Of a DNA stretch of 64,000 nt, positions 36,293-47,958 are shown piece after piece. Where the stretch lies: assembly GCA_051942205.1 (NCBI GenBank), contig JAVECO010000040.1, positions 62,001 through 126,000 on the forward strand, given 5' to 3'. The stretch's first letter is position 1, and every line of letters starts with the position of its first letter. This DNA is from Coniocarpon cinnabarinum (Eukaryota). The notes beneath the pieces are model-generated. The model saw only the letters and a program-made list of their open reading frames with translations, was not told where the DNA came from and ran no database searches. The position numbers were made by a program, and so were the translations under genes.

Positions 36293-37305
36293 ATGCGTAA
36301 TTTCCTCGTCTTCCTTCTCCCTTCTCCCTTCGTCAATGCTACCCCAACCGACCGCTCTTTGACACCCACGCCAACTCTTGAGTTAATCTAGCAATTTCCC
36401 AATGGGTCATGGATCGAAAATCTCGCAGTCCGTCAAGACGGCACAGTTCTCCTTTCGTTACTCTCCAGTCCCGACCTCCTCCTTTTAGATCCCGACACCA
36501 CCACCAACGGTAATTCTCCCCAAGTACTAGCAACATTCCAAACTCCAGTAACAGGCGTTCTGGGCATTGCTGAAGCAGAATCTGACGTATACTACGTCGC
36601 GACCAATGCTTTTGATCTTGCGGCGTGGTATCCCCCTGATAATGGAACGGGTCAAGTCTGGCGAATTGATCTCACTGGCTTCTTCATTGGCCATAATCCA
36701 GTCACCCCGGAGCTCGTTGCTAGTCTGCCCGACTCCGGGCTTCTCAACGGCGTGGCGATGGATACACGAAACAATATCTTATTCACCGCGGATTCGGCAA
36801 TGGGCTTGGTTTGGTCACTGAACGTCGCAGATGGAGAAGTCGATGTGGCTTTGAACAACAGCTTCACAGCACCTAGCAAATCGAACGCGCTTGGAGTAAA
36901 CGGGGTCCATGTCCACGATGATTATCTCTATCCACCAACACCGCAACGGGAATCTACTCCCGCTCCCCCATCACAAAGAACGGCGCCGTCATCGATAGCG
37001 GTCAAGTCCTCTTCAACGGGATAGATATCGGCATCTTGCCCGATGATTTCGTCAACGCGCCGAATGGTCCCGGCGCTTGCATCGCGTCGGGCGTCGGTAA
37101 TCTCGTGGCGTACACGAACGGTTCTGGAGAGGGTGCTGGAGCTGAGATTTTGGCGCATGTGGAGGGAGCGACGAGTTTGGCCTGGAAGCGCATGGTTGGA
37201 GATCGAGAGGTGCTCTATGTGGTCAGTACCGGTGGCGATGAGAGCTATCTTCAGGGCCCGGTAGAAGTGGGTGGGGCGGTGTATAGAGTGGATGTGTGGT
37301 TATGA
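36293..37305 (+). pseudogene. Secreted six-bladed beta-propeller (SMP-30/gluconolactonase-like) with a nonsense codon and a frameshift
   Basis: TATA-like tatataaaa at about 36182. Signal-peptide-like MRNFLVFLLPSPFVNA; motifs QFPNGSWIENLAVR, LLNGVA, ADSAMGLVW, GVNGVHV and PDDF. In-frame TAG at 36389-36391 and a frameshift at about 36931 (YLY/STNTATG). Confidence 0.8.
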
Positions 37306-37528
37306 GACCCTGTGTTATGCATGCCTAAGTAATTGCTGCATGCAATCATTGAGAAGCTTCACCAAAATTACTCAAGAAGCCAAGGATGCATTTAGGAAAA
37401 CGCTCAAAACGCTGGGGTTGAAACTTCTGAAAAGTGCTTGCCAAAGTAGGACAAACAGCCAATGGGCTGCAGTGTAGCGCTTGCCCTGTGAATTCTCCTC
37501 AATGGATCAGTAAATAAGGTTTCTGGCA

Positions 37529-39415
37529 TCAAACTGTGTACTTTGATTCTAATGCCCGCAATGCATCCGCCACAAGGTCGACTAAATGCTCCTTGTCCTC
37601 AAGTCCGACGCTGAAGCGTACGAGAGCCGCAGGCACACCTAAGCTCTCAGCCCATTCGAGCTCATTGTAATGTGCAAGCAAAGTATAAGGACTGGCCAAA
37701 GTGAAGTTTGTGCCAAGGCTGGGTCCTTTGGCAAGACCCAGTGCGTCGTAGAAGGTAGCCGCGTCGTCCAGGTTATGAAACGTCACACTCAGGAGACCTC
37801 CATAGCCGCCCTTGGGGGTGCGATGGGCATCGTAGAACGGGCGGGTGTCGGATGTCATGGGATAGTAGACATCCTTAACGTGTGCAGCTGCAGATAGCAA
37901 AGAGACGATAGCTTCGGCGTTATCGTTGATGCGCGCAATGCGGCTGATAAAGTCTCGACTGTTGCGTTCAAGGAAAATGGCGTCTTCAGGCCAGTACATG
38001 TCTTCGTATTCCAGCTCCCAAGTTCTCTTGAGAGTCTGGAAGTGTCGGGAATGAGGATTGAGCACGGCAGCACCCCCCATAACGTTGGAGTCACCAGAGA
38101 AGACTTTGGTGAGTGAAGAGACGACTACATCGACAAAGGGGAGGATGTGGATATTGAGAAAGTTTCCAATAGTTTCATCAACGACCAAGAGGAAGTCGTA
38201 GTTATCGGCTAATGCCTTGAGGCGGCGCAAATCCGGAGTCCGTAGAAGTGGGTTAGACGGGAACTCGCAAAAGAGAGCTAGGAATCTCTCCCCAGATTGT
38301 AACCGATTTTCAAGATCATCCAGGTCGTTTGAATCACCTCGACCATAGAATAGACATCCCGCCGGGTTAAACTTCTCCAAGACTTTGAGTGTATCGATGT
38401 ATGGAAACCCGAAACAGATGGCCTTGCGATTTGATGTGCCTAAAACATTGGACATGGTCAAGATCGTTTGATGAGTGTGGTATATTGCATTCATGCCACC
38501 AGGATATAGGAATATATCGAATGGCGACAGCGCCTCATCAGAACGGGTGGGCTGCTGCTCAAGGTTGACAGGCTCTTCCAAGCTCTTTGGCAGATCTACA
38601 GTGGAAGTCAAAGAGCCAGCTATGCGTCGACGAAGGGCAAGCTTCGCTTGTCCAGTCATTTCCAAGTTCAAGTTTCGGCCGTATCGCTCTTCCACAAACC
38701 GCACTTGCTCGCCATGATACGTTCCACCGTTTACCGCATTACCATCAGTCTCTTGTAGAGCCACATCCTGCACACCATTAATTTCCGAGGACACTTGGCG
38801 CCGGTACCTCCTTGGGCCCTTGCAATCTCTAGCCGTGTCTTTGGATGGGATCTTTGGCGTCAAGGCGCCGTCCTCCAACATCTTCCGGCAGTACTCTGCC
38901 CTTCGACTAGAGATTCCTTCCCCGGTGTGCTGCCAGAAGATCTTTGCGAGTTTGGCGCATTGATTGGGGTATAATGCAGCAGACAGCTGAAGAACTTTGG
39001 TGGCGGCGTCGTCGGCCACACCAGGAACAGGGGCGAAATTCAATGTCCGGATCGCGGCTGCATCGTCTGGAGCTCCGTGCTTTTGGACGAAGGCGCAGAA
39101 TCGCGCGGCCGCTCCCGGACACGGGAACAGAATGGCACCTTCATTGCAACGGCCGTGAAGTCGAAGAATCAGCTCAGCCAAGGCGGTGATGGGCTTCTGG
39201 ACGAAGAAGCGAGGGTAGCCGGTCTGCATCTTGGCCGTGACCCACTCCTGGCCCTCTTCGTACCCGACGTTGGAGCGCCATGTAGGGAGGGATACACTGA
39301 CTGCCTGACAATCGGATTAGCTCCAACAAATGCAAGTTATATCACCACGCTCACGACTCACGTGTGGTGTATCGGCAGGTATAGGTTGGCCCAGGGGGCT
39401 ATAAGAAACGAACAT
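37529..39415 (-). CDS. str2: Cystathionine gamma-synthase (Str2-type, PLP-dependent Cys/Met metabolism enzyme)
   Basis: Exon 1 MFVSYSPLGQPIPADTPH, an intron, then AVSVSLPTW..GYPRFF, FWQHTGEGISSRRAE, CEFPSNPLL, VDETIG, SLTKVFSG (PLP lysine) and KGPSLGTNFTL. Confidence 0.93.
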
Positions 39416-39577
39416 GTTGCGAAAAGCTGTCAAAGAAACTCCATGCAGCTTTCACGTCGCTCAGCAGGCGTTCATGGGTATCCAATGTCTGCATCGCCGC
39501 CGTGCATTTCGGGGTACGTCCATGCTCGGGCATTGAAAACTTTCGGCCGATATCGGCGGTGACTAAATCGCGGGCAG

Positions 39578-39670
39578 CACGTGAGCAGCAGGCATTCGGC
39601 GTCCTGGATGGGGCACGTGACTATCCATCTTGAATGGCGCAGCATCGACGAAACATGCCCTGCACGTGCA
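39578..39670. promoter_or_regulatory. Cluster of three CACGTG (E-box / Cbf1-type) sites
   Basis: CACGTGA at 39578-39584, CACGTGAC at 39614-39621 and palindromic TGCACGTGCA at 39661-39670, all upstream of the cystathionine gamma-synthase ATG. Confidence 0.55.
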
Positions 39671-40114
39671 AGCTAGCGCGGTAGTGTGGCGGTGCAAGTA
39701 AGGAGTATGGAGAGGTACCTAGGTAGTTTAAGGTTAGCGTGTTTGAACCCCCCGGCCCAAAGCAGCCTAGCCCGACCTACACACCTTTCACCTTCAAGCC
39801 ATCAATGCCTCTGCCCCGTCGCAATAGGTCTGTTCAAGGCAAACACTCACGCAAAGCCAATCACGAATGCGCATCTGAAACAATGGAGCTCGCTGCCTCA
39901 ATAGACAATACGGACTGCTTGGACCCTGAGTCCTCCTCCGCCAGCCACCCGATTTTCTGTTCTTATCTCTCTCGTAAATCATCCCACAAACATTTCTTCC
40001 CCATCCTTTCTTTTCCTTCATCAATTCTTACGTTCAGTTCTCTCCATACCTCCTTTCGCCCAATTTTGCAAACATTATTCGTCTCCATCTTTTCTTGCGC
40101 CATCTTCAGTGAAC

Positions 40115-41839
40115 ATGGCTTCAGAGCAGGCCTCTGGAATTCAAGACGCTGGCCGTCCATCGTCCGAGAAGCAGACCAAAACTCCGTCAGGATCCGGTTC
40201 AAAGAATTCAAAGCGATCCAACGCTTCCAGTCCCTTGCACTCCGAAGCCACATCATCTGGTGGTAAGGACGACAAAGCCCCCAAAACAGCATCAGGCCCG
40301 GAGCCGGATGCCACCCAGCGCAGAAAGCGCAAATCAGCAGACAACGACAATGCCACCTGTGAGGATTCCCAGCAGCCCGCACAAAAATCCCCCAAGCTCG
40401 AAGACACCGAGCACGGCGAGGTCGCTGTCAAAGAACGGCTCAACGCCATACTGAATGACCCTGACTCGTACTGCAATCGCGACAACCTCTCACCAATACG
40501 AGAGCTAGACAGGAAAGACTGGGCAGGCTGGATCCAGATGGCCGCCGAGCCTCAGGCCATCCAGATCATGCTCCATGAGTTGGGCGTGAAGGACGTTGTG
40601 GTGACCGACCTTTTTGGGTTTGACGAAGCAAGCGTGTTGATGCTTCCTGGCAGCCCCGTCGCTTTCATACGCTGTTTTCCTCACGCCGGCACTGACCCCA
40701 GCAGACAAGTGAGCTGTCCGCGTGAAGTCTGGTTCGCCAATCAGACACACCGAAACATTTGCGGATCCAACGCACTGATCAATGTCCTGATGAATGTTCA
40801 TGATATCATCTTGGGCGACTTTTTGCAATCGTTCAAGGACTTCACTAAAGACCTCACGCCCTATCAGCGCGGCAATGCCGTTGGAAATTGGGAGTTCCTG
40901 CGTCGAATCCACAACTTAGGAATGCGCAAAATGGAAATGCTAGTCGGCGATGTCGCATTCATGCACGAATTCAGCACCGGCGAACCATCGCAAAACTCAG
41001 TGAAATCACCCATTGCGACGTCGTCGCCGCCCAAAGGCAAGGACCAGGTGACCTCTGCTCGCAAGGGCCCGCTTCAGGGCGGAGGGGCCGGCGGCAAAAA
41101 GAAGAGCGACAACGGTAATGGAGAGAACCACTATGCAGCGTATGTTTTCATTAGTGGAAATGTTTGGAAGCTCGATGGCCTCGACCGGCATCCATCGAAG
41201 CTCGACGAATGTGACGAAAGTACCTTTGCGACAACAGCGGCCCGCATTATCGACCAGGAGGTCGCCAAAAGCGGGGGCCTGCATGTCAACGGCATTATGG
41301 CAATTTGTCGCGATGAAGACCAGCTAGAGCTTGCCCGAAAGCAGCTGGCAAGATCCATAAACGAGCTGAACGATGTGCGCAATGCGCTGAGCCACTCCAA
41401 CGACACTGACGATGACAACAATGGCGCGTTGATCTCCAAGGCCATCAGTGGGCCGACTAAGGATTATGGCGTATCTCAGTACGACATCGACAACGCTCCC
41501 ACCACCTCTAAAGAGGTCACCGAGGCCGTTGCAAGTAGCGACAACTCCAAGCTCCAGGCGCTTCAAGAAGCAATCATCGCCAAGCAGCAGCGCCTTGTCC
41601 AGACTATTGTCCATGAGAAAAACGTCCGAGCCCAGAAGGAGGAAACGGTACGGCTCGCACGCCATGATTACGAGCCTCTGGTGCGAACATGGCTGCAGTT
41701 GTTGGCGAACAAGGAGGGAGTGATGGAGGGCTTGGTGGAGGTCGTGAAGGACGAGCAGAAGAAGCTGAAGGATGAGAGGAAGAGGCAGGAGAAAGAGAGG
41801 CAGGAGCAGCAGGAGAAGAAGAATAAGAACAAGAAATGA
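40115..41839 (+). CDS. Ubiquitin C-terminal hydrolase (peptidase C12, UCH37/BAP1-like)
   Basis: FANQTHRNICGSNALINVLMN (oxyanion Q and catalytic C), HYAAYV..WKLDGL (catalytic H and D) and C-terminal RHDYEPLVRTWL (ULD-like). Disordered N-terminal extension. Confidence 0.9.
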   Translation: MASEQASGIQDAGRPSSEKQTKTPSGSGSKNSKRSNASSPLHSEATSSGGKDDKAPKTASGPEPDATQRRKRKSADNDNATCEDSQQPAQKSPKLEDTEHGEVAVKERLNAILNDPDSYCNRDNLSPIRELDRKDWAGWIQMAAEPQAIQIMLHELGVKDVVVTDLFGFDEASVLMLPGSPVAFIRCFPHAGTDPSRQVSCPREVWFANQTHRNICGSNALINVLMNVHDIILGDFLQSFKDFTKDLTPYQRGNAVGNWEFLRRIHNLGMRKMEMLVGDVAFMHEFSTGEPSQNSVKSPIATSSPPKGKDQVTSARKGPLQGGGAGGKKKSDNGNGENHYAAYVFISGNVWKLDGLDRHPSKLDECDESTFATTAARIIDQEVAKSGGLHVNGIMAICRDEDQLELARKQLARSINELNDVRNALSHSNDTDDDNNGALISKAISGPTKDYGVSQYDIDNAPTTSKEVTEAVASSDNSKLQALQEAIIAKQQRLVQTIVHEKNVRAQKEETVRLARHDYEPLVRTWLQLLANKEGVMEGLVEVVKDEQKKLKDERKRQEKERQEQQEKKNKNKK

Positions 41840-42670
41840 AGAACAAGGGCGCTTGAAGCATTGGTCTTCAGCATGGCAGGGGTTCACGGATCTCATTCGA
41901 CTGGGTTTCGCATGGTGTTGGTGAGGGCAATCGTGACTCTATGATACCCAATAGCATTCTCTTCATCCGCATTGATATGCGCGGCATGAACAAGGATGCT
42001 TCTTTCGTTGACTCTAGACATTAGCTAATTGAGAAATGATGATGCAACAAACACACGTACTTGCTTGTATTCCGTGCAGCCAGACTTGGTCTCTATGCGC
42101 CTCATGCTCATGTGCGGTGTGTCTTAATGGGGGCACCGGTAAAGTCAGCAAAGCTTACCACCCTCGTCACTCCAACGGGGGACTCGGGCATCGGAACGGG
42201 CTGAATCAGGGGCTACATACTAATAGAGAAGGGCACTTCGGCTGCCCACTTCTCAATCCTCCATCATCAATCTTCCATCGCCAAGTTTTGCATTGGGGGA
42301 ACGCGTACTGTTGGTGAGCTCTCTGCGCATGCATCGGTTCAAGATCAGCGGGATATTATCGTCGATCTCAGGTCAGTAGAACAGGCACCAGTACAAGTCT
42401 TTTTCTATAGCAGCTTAAAATAGAAGTTCAGCCGCATTTCGTTCTCAGTCTTTCTCTGTTATATCCCAATCGTATGTTCGCTCTTGCACGTTGCTGCTCA
42501 GCTCTGGGTCTTTCGGGTCTGAGTTTGACGGCCTTTTATGCCTAAGAGTAAGATACACAGACCTGCCATGTTCTTATCATGCGCAGGATTGTGTGGAATG
42601 TCTCATTGAGCAGCGTCGTTTTTTTGTACTCCTAGCAATGGTCTCATTTTCTCGACTCTGAGCTGCGCCC

Positions 42671-43805
42671 TTGGACCAGATATCTTTTGTGGCGATATTG
42701 TTCATCAATACCCGTGTCTACAGCTATGGTGGCATCGACGAAAACATGACTACTAAGACAATTTTCACCTTGCTTCTTGCATGCATTGTAAAGTACTTGC
42801 ATCAGATCTCGAGAGGTCTTGACCTCTGTATCAAACACAGAGCATCAAGCCAACAAGATACTGTTGAGATGGCCAATTGCACCAGCGATTTGCAGAAAAA
42901 ATGCTTTAGATACTTTGCACTACTACCAAGCTTGTAAAATCGTCTCAAGTCCATGCTAGTAGAGTCAAGAAGTAAAGGGGAAAGGCCCTCAGACTGGGTT
43001 CAGAAATTTCGAAGTCAGGCATTTCGAAGTCTCGCTGAAGTTACCAAGTCTCACCAACCAATCCTCCTTTGTTCAGCCAAGACTGAATTTGATGCTACCG
43101 TCCAGACCACCAACTTTCAGCCCGATTCCATCGACGTGTTTTAGAAAGACACCGAGAACCTGAGGACGCTTCGACATGCTTTCCTTGCTCTAGCGTCTCA
43201 CACCCTGCTCAGGGCATGGCTCAGTCTTAACGACCCGTAACACTGGTACGTCGCGTGTCTGTGACTAGTCAACAGCACGGTAAAACGTTAACTAACATGT
43301 ACATTGCAGATCTGCCGTCAAAGCCTTGCCTGAAAGCCTCTGTGAGTACATACCCTTCCCCATGTCCTTCCGTCCACTCGGTTCCTCACACTTGATCTTT
43401 CCCCTCCACATCGCCTATATCGGCGCCAACAACGCTATGCAAAAGAAATGTATCTGCAGTCAAATTGGCACGATCCAACGACACATGCAAGGATCTCAAG
43501 CGATGGAGCTGACTTTAAAAATGTGCGACTGGTGGGCTGGTACGCTTTCGCTGAGGGGTTTGGCGCCTTTGACTGCGCCGTGGGTTCGTGCGACGGAGGA
43601 TCTGGAGAGTGTTGCGACGGAGGATCTGGCGAGTATCGCGCCGGAGGAGATGAAAGACTGGGAGGTGCAAAGAGCGGAGAGACTTCTGTGGGAGGAGTCT
43701 CATCAATTGCGTGACGCGGAAGATTGTATGCGTCCAATAGAGTCATTTCGGATGTGTAGCTCAGATGATTGTCAAGCATCAGGCATAGCGGTGAGTTGGT
43801 GCTGA
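42671..43805 (+). pseudogene. Possible decayed gene of unknown family
   Basis: ORFs 42671-42937 and 42953-43144 share one frame, which continues through further stops. An intron-like element follows (gtacgt about 43246, ctaac, gcag about 43309), then ORF 43326-43805. Confidence 0.35.
43590..43648 (+). repeat. 24-bp tandem repeat (about 2.4 copies)
   Basis: gcgacggaggatctggagagtgtt / gcgacggaggatctggcgagtatc / gcgccggagga, encoding ATEDLESV ATEDLASI APEE. Confidence 0.8.
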
Positions 43806-44551
43806 GTTGATGCACCGCTATAAGAGGTATCCTAGGAAATGGCGTATTCATCTCTTCAACGTGGCTTTCGAGACTGCCTGTTTTTTTCCTCTAGTGATTT
43901 GATAATAGAGCGATTTGCTTGATTGGATTAGGGGGGGCCAGTAAACAGCATAATCAAAAGCTTGTGCAACACACTCTTCTGGAAATCGAGCATCATTTCT
44001 CGGACGTAGATTTGGCGTTCAAGATATTCGTTTCCAACTTCAAAATGAAGGACGACCCGAATGCTGGCCATGTTGCCACACTGTAGCTTTCTATAAGGGT
44101 GGGACTTCGGGGTTCTCAATGACATTCGTCGAAACAGAGGCTGACAAAGAAGTGCAAGGTAAGCGCGACCTTGAAGAGGGGAAGCAGTCTACAACAGAGC
44201 TAGAGACGATGATGGTGGTGGGTGTATACGACTCTAGAGACCTAATCGTTGCGAATGAATAAAGCACTGGACCTGACAGAGTTCTGGTGAGGCGCATGGC
44301 GAGCACCTTTGGCAGATATCCATGAGCAGAGGGTCGTGCAATATCCGAGTCTTGCGCCGGTTGATGTTACTGTTGTTAGTGGTATCTCGGACAAGCCATG
44401 CATTGTTCTCTTGCTGACCTACTCTTATTGAAATGCTGATCTCAAACATGACGAATCAGGTGTCTTGTTCCAAGCCACAACGCTAAAAATGTGGTATACA
44501 TGTGTCTTCGAAGTTGGGATAGGTTGTCATTCAACATTGATACATTTAAAG

Positions 44552-47207
44552 TCAATCCACGGGAAAGCCTCCAGGCATGGGCTGATCTGGGATCCAGCCT
44601 TCTCGATGTGCAAGACATTTGAAACATATCGTATCTCCTGGCTGATAGGTGTCTTGCCAAGACCTTTCTTGAGCGGAAAAGCGATCCAGGATTTGTTCGC
44701 GGGCCAGGCTGTCTTTCTTGAGAAGCTTTCTTATGCGCTCATTACTCATCGGAGAGATGTCGCGGTCGAAGTCGTATCCGAAGTAATGTTCGTTCCAAGT
44801 GCAATCTATGCCATCCATGGAGCTAGACCTGCTTGCTTGGTACATCGCCTGGCTTTCCGAAGATCCCGTTTGCTGTTGTGTATCTAGCTCTGCCAAGTAA
44901 TTCTCCGCGTAACTCAAACACTTGGAAGTTCTGATTTCTTCCTTGACCTGCTCCCACCAAGGCTCTACAAGCCGGCTTTCGAGCACGAGACTGCCACCAC
45001 GATAGGTGGCACCACGATAGATGTCTCGTTCAATTGAATCGACAAAGCCCACGTGACGACATTTGGCTCTCTGCTCAGTTTTAAACGACGGTACCTTGAA
45101 CAACAGGCTAAGAGACTGAGCATCCCAAGCTCTTCGCGTCAAAGGAGACTTCTGATTCTGGATCTCTGCCTCCAGAAAATTGTCTAGTTGGTCGCCGAAT
45201 GAGGACCGCCACTCCTGGAAGCAATAGGAAAACCAAAGACCCTGTGATAACGGAGTCTCTTCACCACAAATGACATGGAATTCTTGCTTGTACGTGCGCA
45301 ACAGTCTCAAAATCTCCCGTTTTGTTTTTGTGGTTTTGTGACACACATTGGAATCGAATTCGTGTTCAGACAGCAGCTGATGCAACAAAGTCTGAGGGAA
45401 GACGTAACCAATTGTCGAGCCCTCAGGCAGTATCTTTAGGCATAACTCTAATGTCTTGAGGCTGCCGCAGCTCAGCGAGAATGAAGCCAAAGAGGCTAGA
45501 CAGGACCGATCTTCCAACTCCCGAATACTTTGGATATGTCTCTCAAGAGCCCATGCCATCATGCTGTCTTTCTCCCCGAGATCTTCGACAGCAGATAATC
45601 CAGACATGAGAGCAATCTCCCAGCCACCGTAGCCAAATTCTATGTAATCGTCAAACAGTCTTGCAAGATCTTGCCATGAAAACAAGCTTCCCTGAGGTGG
45701 AGCTGCCAAACACATAGTAGGTGTCATCCTTTATTGTAAGTTTAGATCGTTTGCGGAGCCATGTCACAGCTCTACGACACACTCACCAGTTTTGGTCGCC
45801 GTAAAGGCGTGCCTCCGGATCAGCTCCGTGGAATAGGAGGAATTTGGACATTTCGTAGGATCCACCAAGCGCCGCGCACTATTTCAAAGAAATTAGTGCA
45901 GGCTACACGTGATTTTCGACGAGTTATGTGCAACATTGATGCCTGTCGTTCATCCGCAGTCCGAGACATACATGTAAAGCGGTATGTCCCTCCGGATCGG
46001 TGTCAAGCACAGACGCCTCGCCGCGTTCGAACAGGAGCCTGACAGCGTCGATATTACCCCGATCACACAGCTGGAAGATTAGCGCGCGTTTTGGCACGAC
46101 CCGTATTGCATTGATGCTATGGCTTCGTTGGTTGAGTCTCAAGTTAACCCCGTATCTGAGCCCCAGTGATATCATCCACGGCGGAGGCACGTACGCGCCT
46201 GCCGATTCCTGTTCGACAAGGTCTTTGCTCTGATCTTCGACGGTGACAACATTCCTTCGAAATCGACTTTCCCAGCAGAAAGTTCCAATGATAGTATTAA
46301 ACTGTTGAGAGTTTCGCTGCCTCCATCCCTCTCTTTTGCTTAGCCTGAGCTGCGTGTGATTGTGTTTTGATATTCTTCGAGAACTCTGCGATACGTCGTC
46401 CAGGGCCGCGCTCGATCCTTCGCGATGAGGTTTTGACTGAAGAGGCACTTCATTTTGTCCAGATCGATATTCACTATTGAGGTTGATATGTCCCAGACCA
46501 GTTTGCATCGAGGCATCCTGCCCGCAGACGCCTGGCCAGATCGTCGTAGCTTCTTTGGCAGTCGTGCAAGCGGAGTGACGCGAAAGTAGTGGCCGAGACG
46601 ACATCAATTGATCGTCCAAGAAGCTAGTGTTGTGAGACTGATCAGCCGAAGACGCCTGCATCCGCGATAAGAGCCGAAAGTGCCTTTTGTACCCTTTAGT
46701 CATGCCTGCTACAATTCAGGGACTCTGATTCTGAAAGTGCTTACGGAAAGACCGCGAATAGTATCAGGCTTGACTTGGTCTCTTCGAGCGAGGTTCGAAA
46801 TTCTCTCAAGCGTTCCATCTTTTTGGCTGCCTTGCATCTGGCCCATACTCTCCTAACCTGTCCTCCTGAACCAAAGCCGCGCTCCAGGTTTTGAGTTATC
46901 GCGTTAAGTTGCCCAACTTGGACCGATAACAGCATTGTGACCTTCTCCATCACACCGGTAACGCTGATGTCTTGAGCAATTTTCAAGAATTCTTGCAAGA
47001 ACTCGAGCTGCAACAGGATAATAGAGATATCTTGAGGGGCGTCCTCAATAGTTTTCCAGAATCCATAGATTTCCGACACAGTCCGAAGAAGCAAGTGAAC
47101 CGAGGACACAATACCAAGGACTACGGATCGTATCGTTAGCCCTCGCACGGCTGTGGCAAAGTGAAATCCCTTTGCTTACCACCCGCAGCCGCAGAGACAC
47201 CTTCCAT
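44552..47207 (-). CDS. HeLo-like (fungal N-terminal STAND-associated) domain + ankyrin repeat protein, without NACHT
   Basis: Spliced model MEGVSAAAG|VLGIVSSV..YGFWKTIEDAPQDI..RVWARCKAAKK..LEETKSSL, a linker, ankyrin-like IFQLCDRGNIDAVRLLF..GHTALH|CAALGGSYEMSKFLLFHGAD, then a 391-aa last exon. Four GT-AG introns; no stops seen in the exons. Confidence 0.75.
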
Positions 47208-47958
47208 GATTATACTCGCTGGTTTCCCTTTGACAATCGTTGATACCGGCGCAAAAACGAGCGATAGAGAGCAAAGAGGCCGTGCGAGCAAGCCCGACTC
47301 GCAAGTTGAGCCAATCGCAACGCAGTCTCAATCTTCAAGTCACAAGCATCCGTTGAAGGAGAGGAGCTCGCATACTCCCACCGGTTGCCTCGCCCCACAA
47401 TGATCAGATGACGTAAGATGGGTACTTTGTGACAAGCTACATACGCACTTTGAGAGGCGTTATGTGCAATAGCCATTTTCCTATTCCCTCGGTGTCGAAG
47501 GCAAAGTGGACATTTGGCAAGCTCTGGATCTACAACTACAAGCTCGAACCTTGATGTTGAATTTGATTATTCATGGCGCACGAGTCCACACGTTCAAGTT
47601 GCTCTGCTGGGTCAAGATCTAGCATTTAGCTTTTGGGATTCCGCTATTACTTGCGGCAGTTTTAACGTCTGGCTGCTAGAGCAGGGTACGAAGAGAAGAT
47701 AGACTGGTACCTGCGTTTGAAATTCCAAACGATCGTGTTGTGTCACTGTATCCATGCTTGGTCTGGACATATTAGTAAGGTGAAGCCAATACAAGCTCAA
47801 CAGGCTCGAGTGTAGCACTCTGTGAGCGGTTGGAGTCCACCTGCCCCCAAGAATGTCTTCTCAGCGCAGCTAGTCAATTGGCCATTTTTCACAGGCCTCG
47901 CTTTGCTCTTTTAGTTGCGCCCTGCCAGTCGAGAGACCAGGAGAACATCGACCTCTGC

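Noticed and set aside
39739..40266. 175-aa ORF upstream of and overlapping the UCH gene
   Set aside because: Runs through the pyrimidine-rich promoter/5'UTR, starts at GTG and has no recognisable motifs.
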